Shown here: positions 57,405 through 64,000 of the stretch, piece after piece | How positions within the stretch are numbered: the first letter of the stretch is position 1 | Layout: every line of letters starts with the position of its first letter | Assembly (NCBI GenBank): GCA_045603745.1 | Contig: JAZUMQ010000032.1 | Span: forward strand, 7,133-71,132 | Direction: 5' to 3' | DNA length: 64,000 nucleotides | Origin: Eubacteriales bacterium | Lineage (GTDB): Bacteria > Bacillota > Clostridia > Oscillospirales > UBA644 | Notes under the pieces: generated by a model | Databases searched by the model: none | What the model was told of the DNA's origin: nothing | The model's input: the letters and a program-made list of their open reading frames with translations, nothing else | Program-made: the position numbers and the translations under genes

Positions 57405-58223
57405 ATGGAAGAATTTTTCAAAACCCTTCTTGCAAAATTAGGAGAATTTGCTTCTACTGCGGGATTACGCTTGGTCGGAGCGATTTTAATTCTTTTTGTT
57501 GGTTTCAAATTGTGTAAATGGGTGTTGAATCTTTTAAAGAAAACCAAAGCCTTTTCTAAGATGGATGGAGGCGTTCAAACCTTTTTAGTCAGCCTTCTGA
57601 ATATTGTATTGAAAATTATGATCGTGTTGAGTTCCGTTTCGTTGTTGGGGGTTCCCATGACGAATTTTGTGGCATTGCTTGCCTCTGCCGGGGTTGCCAT
57701 CGGTGCCTCTCTGCAAGGTTCTCTTTCCAATCTTGCCGGCGGAATTATGATTTTGATTTTCAAACCGTTTAAGGTGGGGGATTATATTGATACCGCCGAA
57801 GGTTCGGGAACGGTAACGGAAGTAACGATTCTTTATACTATTCTTACCACCCCCGATAACCGCCGTATCGTCATTCCCAACGGTGCTATTTCCAATGAAG
57901 CGATCACCAACTATTCTTATCACGACGTTCGTCGTCTCGATTTAACCTTTTCCGTTTCTTATGATGCGGATATTGAAGTTGTAAAGAATCTTTTGTTGGA
58001 AAAAGCAAAAACACACGCTTTGGTTTTGACCGAGCCGGACGTCCCCTTTTGTCGTCTTACGGAACACGGACAATCGTCGTTGAATTTTGCTTTGCGGGTT
58101 TGGGTCAAAAGCGAGGACTATTGGCAGGTCAATTTTGATTTGAAAGAGGAGATTAAAAAATCCTTGGACGAAAAAGGCATTGAAATTCCTTATCCTCAAC
58201 TCGACGTGCATTTGGATAAATAA
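57405..58223 (+). CDS. Small-conductance mechanosensitive channel (MscS family)
   Basis: 272 aa; three TM helices then PFKVGDYI...GTVTEVTILYTILTTPDNRRIVIPN beta-domain signature. Confidence 0.9.
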   Translation: MEEFFKTLLAKLGEFASTAGLRLVGAILILFVGFKLCKWVLNLLKKTKAFSKMDGGVQTFLVSLLNIVLKIMIVLSSVSLLGVPMTNFVALLASAGVAIGASLQGSLSNLAGGIMILIFKPFKVGDYIDTAEGSGTVTEVTILYTILTTPDNRRIVIPNGAISNEAITNYSYHDVRRLDLTFSVSYDADIEVVKNLLLEKAKTHALVLTEPDVPFCRLTEHGQSSLNFALRVWVKSEDYWQVNFDLKEEIKKSLDEKGIEIPYPQLDVHLDK

Positions 58224-58244
58224 TAAAAAACGGACGGTTTTCTG

Positions 58245-58292
58245 ATATGCACCTCCCAAAATTAGACACTTTTGGAGGTGCATATTTTTTTG
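58245..58292 (+). terminator. Intrinsic terminator after the MscS-family gene
   Basis: ATATGCACCTCC (58245-58256) / GGAGGTGCATAT (58274-58285), then T7. Confidence 0.8.
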
Positions 58293-58628
58293 CAAAAACA
58301 GGTCGAATTCAAAAAAGGGACTTGACAGAATTTGCGGAAGAGCGAAATATATCATTCATATAAAGGCGAGGTTGGACGAGTTGCGGACAATCACTTGAAA
58401 AGAGAGTTTTACGCAGACAAACCCTTTAAGAAATTGACGGCTGACGCTACTCAATTCAACGTCAGAGGTGAGAAGGTTTCTCTTTCGACCGTTATGAATC
58501 TGTATAACCGAGAAATCTTGTCTTATTCGATTTCGTTGAATCCTAACCTGGATCAGATTCTGGAAATGTTGACAGGCTTGTTTGCGAAACTTCCTTCCGA
58601 TGCAAGACCGCTGTTCCAATCCGACCGG
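58293..58628 (+). mobile_element. Internal fragment of an IS3-family (IS150-group-like) transposase OrfB; no ends, no start, in-frame stop at 58323
   Basis: Reads ...KQVEFKKGT*QNLRKSEIYHSYKGEVGRVADNHLKREFYADKPFKKLTADATQFNVRGEKVSLSTVMNLYNREILSYSISLNPNLDQILEML...LFQSDR, matching the region around the first two DDE acidic residues of IS3 transposases; breaks off after QSDR. Confidence 0.7.
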
Positions 58629-58799
58629 GTGCGATTGGTGGGGGAAGAAGACGGCGTTGTCGGTACTGCGGTACCGGAATTCCTGCCGATCAAATTAAAT
58701 AAGCAATCGATTTCGGCGTTTCCAAAATCAACGTTAACACCGAGTTTCAGTTGGTTTTTGCCGAAGTTATCCGCAACTACGTTGAAGCTTGGACGACCT

Positions 58800-58997
58800 C
58801 TTTCGGCCTTTGTTCAGGCGGTTCGCGATGTTGCGGCATATTATTCTTTCCCTGTTCTGGATCTTTGGGCAGTTAGCGGAATTCAGCCAAACATTCCCAT
58901 TATTAAAGAAAAGTTTATGCCTGATGGACTTCACCCCAACGATGCCGGTCATCGCTTGATCGCAGAATGTCTTGCCAATTTCATAAACGCTTTATAA
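58800..58997 (+). pseudogene. C-terminal remnant of an SGNH/GDSL hydrolase
   Basis: ...FVQAVRDVAAYYSFPVLDLWA...MPDGLHPNDAGHRLIAECLANFI carries SGNH block V (DGxHPN); blocks I-III absent; in frame with the IS fragment, giving the artefactual ORF 58332-58997. Confidence 0.65.
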
Positions 58998-59012
58998 AAC
59001 TTAAAACCCTGT

Positions 59013-59041
59013 GGCGGTGTGAGAAAATCACGCCGCCTTTT
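59013..59041 (+). terminator. Intrinsic terminator after the SGNH remnant
   Basis: GGCGGTGTGA-gaaaa-TCACGCCGCC 10-bp stem (one G-U pair) followed by TTTT. Confidence 0.75.
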
Positions 59042-59062
59042 GAAAAAAATTCTGTTATGCTA

Positions 59063-59091
59063 TTGACAAATTCATGAAACTGTGCTATAAT
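59063..59091 (+). promoter_or_regulatory. Perfect consensus sigma-A promoter driving the GC-rich redox operon
   Basis: TTGACA (59063-59068), 17-nt spacer ending in TGc (extended -10), TATAAT (59086-59091); followed by an AT-rich leader of about 115 nt to ATG 59212. Confidence 0.7.
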
Positions 59092-59211
59092 TTACTATAA
59101 TATTAAAATGCAAGAAAAACAGTATAATTCACAGAATTAATATTTATTTTTTCTTTAGCATTTTGTACAACATAAAGCAAATAAATCATTTTCAATTAGG
59201 GAGAACAAATC

Positions 59212-60408
59212 ATGCTCCAAACCGCTCTTCAAATTGACCGAACACATCTTGCTAATCGAATAGTCCTCCAGCCTATGGAAGGGTGTGACTGCAACCCCGA
59301 CGGCAGTCCAGGAGAGTTGACTCTCCAGAAGTATCGCCGTGCCGCTGAGAGCGGAGCGGGACTGATCTGGATGGAGGCTTGCGCCGTCTGCCCTGAGGGG
59401 CGGACAAATCCCCGACAGATGATGCTGACAAAGGACAATCTCCCGGCCTTCAAGTCGCTGGTAAGTGAGATGCGTCGGATCGCCGCGCAGGAGTGCGGTA
59501 TCAACCCCGTGATCATCCTTCAACTTACCCATTCGGGCAGACAAAGCATTCTCCCCATGATCGCCTACCGCCATCCCCTCTACGAGGAAAGGCGACCCGT
59601 GACCGACGGACATATCGTGACCGACGAATACCTCGGTACGCTCCCCGCGTTGTATGCGGCGTCGGCTGTGCTGGCGGCGGAAGCTGGCTTTGACGGGGTG
59701 GACGTGAAATCCTGCCACGGCTATCTCTTTCAAGAGCTTTTGTCGGCCTTTGGCCGCGAGGGCCGTTACGGCGGCAGCTTTGAAAACCGTACCCGTCTTT
59801 ATCTGGACGCGGTGAAAGCCGTGAAGGCTGTCCTTCCCGAACATATGCTCTTGACCTCCCGCCTGAGCGTATCGGACATGGTACCATACCCCTACGGCTT
59901 TGGTACGACGGCGGAAAATGAGCTCGATTTCACTGAGCCTGATCTACTCCTTACGCGGTTGGTGGAGGCGGGGATCCGGATCCTCAACGTAACCATCGGA
60001 AATCCCTATTACAATCCCCACGTCAACCGCCCCTACCGCAAGGGTGGGTATATTCCTCCCGAGACACCCGAGGTGGGTCTTGCCCGCTTTGTCGCGGTGG
60101 AGAAGCACGTCAAGGAGAAATTCCCAACCCTTAGTGTGGTGGGCTCTGGACTGTCCTTCTACCGAGAAGATCTCATGGAACAGGCGGAAAAGCAGCTTGT
60201 CGAAGGTGTTTGCGACCTCGTAGGCTTTGGCCGTATGTGGCTGGCCTATCCCGAATTTTTCAGAGATCACAGGGAGGGGAAGTTTACCCCCAAAAAGTGC
60301 TGTCTCGCCTGCTCCAAATGTACCGAGCTGATGCGGGCAAAGCAAGTGTCGGGGTGCGCCGTGTTCAATGAATACTACAGAAATCTGTATAAGGAGATAA
60401 GAAAATGA
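59212..60408 (+). CDS. Old Yellow Enzyme-family FMN oxidoreductase (TIM barrel only) with C-terminal 4Fe-4S-like cysteine cluster
   Basis: 398 aa; QLTHSGRQ, KSCHGYLFQELLS...GRYGGSFENRTRL (OYE signature), VGFGRMWLAYPEF, then CCLACSKCTELMRAKQVSGC resembling the CxxCxxC..C site of 2,4-dienoyl-CoA-reductase-type enzymes; AGGGAG SD. Confidence 0.85.
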   Translation: MLQTALQIDRTHLANRIVLQPMEGCDCNPDGSPGELTLQKYRRAAESGAGLIWMEACAVCPEGRTNPRQMMLTKDNLPAFKSLVSEMRRIAAQECGINPVIILQLTHSGRQSILPMIAYRHPLYEERRPVTDGHIVTDEYLGTLPALYAASAVLAAEAGFDGVDVKSCHGYLFQELLSAFGREGRYGGSFENRTRLYLDAVKAVKAVLPEHMLLTSRLSVSDMVPYPYGFGTTAENELDFTEPDLLLTRLVEAGIRILNVTIGNPYYNPHVNRPYRKGGYIPPETPEVGLARFVAVEKHVKEKFPTLSVVGSGLSFYREDLMEQAEKQLVEGVCDLVGFGRMWLAYPEFFRDHREGKFTPKKCCLACSKCTELMRAKQVSGCAVFNEYYRNLYKEIRK

Positions 60409-61136
60409 GTACTGCCATCGTAACGGGTGTCCTCGGGGGCATCGGAAAAGAAAGCGCCCTCCAACTTTGCAAAAAGGGCTATACCGTAGTGGGCATGGAC
60501 GTGGTGGACGCCACGAATCTGTCCGACTTCGACGGCCTGGACTTTACCTACGTCCGAGGGGATCTGGCAAACGCCGCTTCCCGTGCCGCGCTAGTGGATG
60601 CCGCCTCCGCCAAGGGCGAGATTTCGGTTCTCGTCAACGTGGCGGGTGTAGCCCCCAAGGTTCGCCGTGATATTCTGGAGATGACCGAGGAAAGCTACGA
60701 CTTTGTCATGGGTATCAACACCAAGGGCACCCTTTTCCTCACCCAGCTCGTTGCGAACAAGATGATCGCCGGGGGTAAGGGAGGCTCCATTGTCAATATT
60801 TCCTCCTGTTCGGCCTACACCTCCTCGACGAGCCGCGGGGAATACTGCATTTCCAAGGCGGGTGTCTCCATGATCACCAAGCTCTTTGCCGACCGACTGG
60901 CAGGGGAGGGAATCCTGGTCAACGAGATCTGCCCCGGCATCATCGCCACGGGCATGACCGACGCCGTGAAGGATAAGTACGACAAGCTCATCGCAGACGG
61001 TCTGGTCCCCATGGGCCGGTGGGGCATGCCCTCCGACATCGCCAAAGCCGTGGTCGCCCTCTGCGACGGCACCTTCGGCTATACCACGGGGCAGTCCTTT
61101 ATTCTGGACGGAGGTATGCACATCAGAAAACTATGA
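60405..61136 (+). CDS. Classical short-chain dehydrogenase/reductase (SDR)
   Basis: 243 aa; TGVLGGIGK cofactor motif, NVAG, NISS...YCISK catalytic Ser/Tyr/Lys, PGIIAT; ATGA overlap with the upstream gene. Confidence 0.88.
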   Translation: MSTAIVTGVLGGIGKESALQLCKKGYTVVGMDVVDATNLSDFDGLDFTYVRGDLANAASRAALVDAASAKGEISVLVNVAGVAPKVRRDILEMTEESYDFVMGINTKGTLFLTQLVANKMIAGGKGGSIVNISSCSAYTSSTSRGEYCISKAGVSMITKLFADRLAGEGILVNEICPGIIATGMTDAVKDKYDKLIADGLVPMGRWGMPSDIAKAVVALCDGTFGYTTGQSFILDGGMHIRKL

Positions 61137-62923
61137 AAAACCGATACCATACCCTCATCATTGGCACAGGTTGTGCAGGCTTCAACGCCGCCGATAAGCT
61201 TTACGACCTGGGCGTCACCGATATAGCCATCATCACCGAAGGGCGATACATGGGCACCTCCCGCAACACGGGAAGCGATAAGCAAACCTACTATAAGCTC
61301 TCCCTCTGCGGCTCGGACGGGGACAGTATCCGTGAGATGGCGGATACCCTCTACAGCGGCGGCGGCGTCATGGGCGAGCACGCCCTTTGTGAGGCGGCCT
61401 ACTCGCCCCGATGCTTCTTGCGCCTTGTAGAGTTGGGCGTGCCGTTTCCCACCAATGAATACGGTGAATACGCGGGATATAAGACCGATCACGATCCCCG
61501 CACCCGCGCCACCTCCTGTGGGCCTCTTACGTCAAAATATATGACCGAGGCCTTGGAGAGATCCTGTCTCCGAAAGGGAATTGAGATCATCGACTTTCAG
61601 CGGGTGATCAAGATCCTGCATGAGAACGGGGCAGTCACGGGCGTGGCCTGCGTCTCCACCGTCACAGGGGAATGTACCGTCATTTCTTGCGAGAACATCA
61701 TTCTCTGCACGGGAGGCCCTGCGGCGATCTACAAAAACACCGTTTACCCCGAGAGCCAGCACGGAGCCACGGGTCTGGCCATTGAGGCGGGGGTGTCCCT
61801 CTCCAACATGGAGGAGTGGCAGTACGGCCTGGCCAGCACAAAATTCCGCTGGAACTTGTCGGGAACCTACCAGCAGGTCATTCCCCGCTATATCAGCATC
61901 TCTCCCGACGGCACAGAGCGAGAGTTTCTCTACGACGCGCTGGGGGAGGAATCCCTCGGCCTCATCTTCCTCAAGGGCTACCAATGGCCTTTCGATACCC
62001 GCAAGGTGGAGGGCTCCTCCAAGGTGGATCTCCTGGTTGCCGCCGAGATCAAAAAGGGCCACCGCGTCTATCTGGACTATACGAAAAACCCCAAGGGGCT
62101 GGAAAAGGGCTTTACCGTCCTTCCCGCCGAGGCTTACGACTACCTTTCCCGCTCGGAGGCTCTGTTCGGCACGCCCATTCAACGTCTGGAAAAGATGAAT
62201 ATTGGTGCCATCAAGCTGTACGCTGACCACGGCATCGACCTCTTTTCCGAGCTTCTTGAGACCGCTGTCTGCGCCCAGCACTGTAATGGCGGCGTGACCG
62301 TGGATATGAACTGGCAGACCAAGCTTGAGGGCTTATACTGCGCGGGTGAAGCGGCAGGCACTTTCGGGGTGTACCGCCCCGGGGGCAGTGCCCTGAACTC
62401 CACTCAAGTGGGCAGTCTTCGCGCCGCCGAGCATATCGCAAGGAAGGGAAGCACCCACCGTGAATTGGCTACCTACGAAATGCCTACTATCCAGCGCGGT
62501 ACGTCCAATATCGCCGCTCTCCGTGAGAAATACCAAACCGACATGTCCCGCGTGGCCGACTTTGACCGAGACACCGCGGGGATGAAGGCGCTTTATGCCG
62601 AGGTAAGTACCCTCTGCGAGAGCTTCTTTGACGTGGTGGAGATCACGGATGTATGCGAGATCGCCGACGTGTTCAAGCTTTACGATATGGCGCTGACCCA
62701 ACGGTCAGTGCTGTCGGCCATGATTTGCTCTGCCGAGATTATCGGCACCCACGGCTCGGCCTTCGTGGACAAGGCCCCTGACAAGTGCGGCGGCGTGGCG
62801 AGGAGCACCCGTACCGTTACGCTGGGCGCCGTTTCCGATATGAAGCCCGTTTCTCCCATGCCCAATCCCGAGCTGTGGTTTGAGACTTTGCTGGCGCGTA
62901 AAAGAAACGAAATGCTGAAATGA
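61133..62923 (+). CDS. FAD-dependent oxidoreductase, succinate dehydrogenase/fumarate reductase flavoprotein-like (FAD_binding_2 type)
   Basis: 596 aa from ATG 61133 (ATGA overlap with the SDR); IIGTGCAGFNAA dinucleotide fold, TGSDKQ, ILCTGGPA, GLYCAGEAAGTFGVYRPGGSALNS closing FAD motif, helical C-terminal domain of about 150 aa. Confidence 0.8.
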   Translation: MKNRYHTLIIGTGCAGFNAADKLYDLGVTDIAIITEGRYMGTSRNTGSDKQTYYKLSLCGSDGDSIREMADTLYSGGGVMGEHALCEAAYSPRCFLRLVELGVPFPTNEYGEYAGYKTDHDPRTRATSCGPLTSKYMTEALERSCLRKGIEIIDFQRVIKILHENGAVTGVACVSTVTGECTVISCENIILCTGGPAAIYKNTVYPESQHGATGLAIEAGVSLSNMEEWQYGLASTKFRWNLSGTYQQVIPRYISISPDGTEREFLYDALGEESLGLIFLKGYQWPFDTRKVEGSSKVDLLVAAEIKKGHRVYLDYTKNPKGLEKGFTVLPAEAYDYLSRSEALFGTPIQRLEKMNIGAIKLYADHGIDLFSELLETAVCAQHCNGGVTVDMNWQTKLEGLYCAGEAAGTFGVYRPGGSALNSTQVGSLRAAEHIARKGSTHRELATYEMPTIQRGTSNIAALREKYQTDMSRVADFDRDTAGMKALYAEVSTLCESFFDVVEITDVCEIADVFKLYDMALTQRSVLSAMICSAEIIGTHGSAFVDKAPDKCGGVARSTRTVTLGAVSDMKPVSPMPNPELWFETLLARKRNEMLK

Positions 62924-63000
62924 GTGAATACAAATTGGGACTTGTTTCGGTCTCCTTCCGTTTCCCACACCGAGGTTTGAACGCCGGATTGTACGCGTAG
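62920..63000 (+). pseudogene. 26-codon stump resembling the N-terminus of a xylose-isomerase-like TIM-barrel (sugar phosphate isomerase/epimerase) gene
   Basis: MSEYKLGLVSVSFRFPHRGLNAGLYA-stop; KLGLVSVSFR is the typical first beta-strand of that family; ATGA-coupled to the flavoprotein gene; the remainder is missing. Confidence 0.4.
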
Positions 63001-63095
63001 AAATTCTTGGATTCCAAGTTGTCGTGGGTGATACGGAGGGCATCTGAAAACCGTTGTTTTTGTGCAGCCGAAAAAGCTGCTGAATGGAGATTGAT

Positions 63096-64000
63096 ATGGA
63101 AGTTATTTTATGTTGTTTTGCGGCACGCAGATATTGGACGGATAAGGACGAGTTAAACGGTGCCTTCGAGCACATTAGGAAAGAACTGAGTAAGCTTTGC
63201 TCGGAAGCATATCTTGTTGATGACTCATTCGATTTAAACACTTTTGACGGCCATAAGGCGGACCTGATGATCGCGATCCCAATGTCGGGAGCGGTACAGC
63301 CAAGAATTCTGGAGGTTGCCCATCACTTTGGGCATGTCCTACTTTTCGCGGGATATGTCAATGGTAGCTTCGGCACGGTCAGCCAAAGAATGCTGGTCCT
63401 TAATTCCGCGCCTGCTGTTATGGACGTATATGCACTACTGAAACGTCAGCACGGAAGCATAGATCTGTGCGTCAGCCGGGAGGAACTTCAAAATCGGGCA
63501 CGAGCACTTGGCGTGATAGAATCATTGAAGGGCTGCAAGTTGCTTGCCATAGGGAAAACCGAGCCTTGGGTCATCAGCTCGGTAAAGAACTGGGACATTG
63601 TCCGAGAAAAGTTTGGGATCGAAATTGTGGACGTGGAGCAAAGCGAGCTTGTTGAGCTGTACAACAGCGTACAGGACGATAATTGTTATGCGGAGCAATG
63701 GACGGAGAATGCTGCCGGCTTGGTAGAACCTACGTCATCGGATGTTTCCGACGCGTCAAGAATGCAAGCCGCTCTGATCAAGCTAATAGAAAAATACAAC
63801 GCCCGCGGCGCGGCGATCGCTTGCTTTCAGCTTTTGAAAACAGGCACCACCGCCTGTCTTGGCGTCAGTTATATCAACACGTATACCGACTATGTTGTTT
63901 CCTGCGAAGGAGATATGGACAGCGCGATCACGATGCTGATAATGAAGCAGTTGGCGCAGGATAGTGTGTGGATGGCGAATCCAAATATTCAACCCGACGG
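63096..64000 (+). CDS. L-fucose/L-arabinose isomerase-family-like protein, N-terminal 301 codons (3' end outside window)
   Basis: Open frame from ATG 63096 (GGAGA SD) to the window edge, so absent from the ORF track; my own translation MEVILCCFAARRYW...IACFQLL...VVSCEGDMDSAITMLIMKQL; the C/EGD..A..M motif resembles the catalytic-domain signature of this family. Confidence 0.55.
   Translation, partial: MEVILCCFAARRYWTDKDELNGAFEHIRKELSKLCSEAYLVDDSFDLNTFDGHKADLMIAIPMSGAVQPRILEVAHHFGHVLLFAGYVNGSFGTVSQRMLVLNSAPAVMDVYALLKRQHGSIDLCVSREELQNRARALGVIESLKGCKLLAIGKTEPWVISSVKNWDIVREKFGIEIVDVEQSELVELYNSVQDDNCYAEQWTENAAGLVEPTSSDVSDASRMQAALIKLIEKYNARGAAIACFQLLKTGTTACLGVSYINTYTDYVVSCEGDMDSAITMLIMKQLAQDSVWMANPNIQPD

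Noticed and set aside
58245-58292. Hairpin ATATGCACCTCC...GGAGGTGCATAT as a possible IS terminal inverted repeat
   Set aside because: It lies immediately after the MscS-family stop and is followed by T7, as a terminator would be. No matching second copy flanks the transposase fragment.
58332-58997. 221-aa ORF as an intact gene
   Set aside because: It is a composite of two unrelated truncated genes (IS3 OrfB middle part and SGNH block V). It needs a TTG start with no SD, and the homology to transposase continues upstream through a stop codon.
59212-60408. Possibility that the short OYE is a bilirubin reductase (BilR-type)
   Set aside because: As I recall, the BilR clade is marked by an HGDR-type motif at the proton-donor position. 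This protein has HGYL, and there are no bilS/bilQ-like neighbours. The assignment is not supported.
60591-62281. Many overlapping ORFs on both strands within the GC-rich operon (e.g. 60591-61121 minus, 61532-62281 minus, 61620-62198 plus, 61816-62226 plus)
   Set aside because: They are typical stop-poor alternative frames of GC-rich coding DNA. The translations are Arg/Gly/Pro-rich nonsense, and the sense-frame genes carry clear family motifs.
1-64000. Scan for rRNA, tRNA, CRISPR arrays, integrases, toxin-antitoxin pairs or defence-system genes
   Set aside because: No intergenic region longer than about 300 nt exists. None shows tRNA cloverleaf potential, repeat-spacer periodicity or rRNA-like sequence. 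No protein resembled known defence or TA families by eye. A tRNAscan/Infernal/defence-HMM run would be needed for certainty.

Overview
64 kb from an endospore-forming Firmicute with Clostridia-type gene order (nadK between tlyA and argR, IspH-S1 fusion, ftsEX-M23-S41 cluster). All calls come from reading the ORF translations and DNA by eye; no database search was run. Nt 1-58223 is densely packed, mostly plus-strand core genome: spoVAD/E tail, the complete spoIIIAA-AH operon, asp23-nusB-(Kae1/TsaD-like)-xseAB-ispA-tlyA-nadK-argR-recN, valS, a BaiN/RdsA-family flavoprotein, cmk-plsC-ispH::S1, hprK-murB-whiA-dnaE. A minus-strand block follows (ferredoxin, htrA, upp, rpiB, tsaB, tsaE, AI-2E permease). 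Then come metG-tatD, rimP-nusA-rnpM-ylxQ-infB-rbfA-nrnA-truB-ribF, a PucR-like regulator with ftsEX, a coiled-coil M23 peptidase and two S41 peptidases, greA, an NDP-sugar pyrophosphorylase fused to a degenerate phosphomutase domain, rnj, murD, a GDPD esterase and an MscS channel. No rRNA, tRNA, CRISPR array or intact mobile element was seen. The only accessory-looking part starts at about 58.3 kb. It holds an internal IS3-family transposase fragment fused in frame to an SGNH-hydrolase remnant, a terminator, and a perfect consensus sigma-A promoter. The promoter drives a visibly GC-richer, translationally coupled three-gene redox operon: a short OYE-type flavoenzyme with a 4Fe-4S-like Cys cluster, an SDR, and a 596-aa FAD_binding_2-like flavoprotein. 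Next are a 26-codon stump of a TIM-barrel sugar isomerase/epimerase-like gene and a 5'-partial L-fucose-isomerase-like gene running off the window. That operon is the best candidate for an uncharacterised function (ene-reductase or steroid/xenobiotic-type chemistry is a hypothesis only). Secondary observations are apparently degenerate catalytic motifs in the first S41 paralog, the M23 peptidase and the phosphomutase-like domain.
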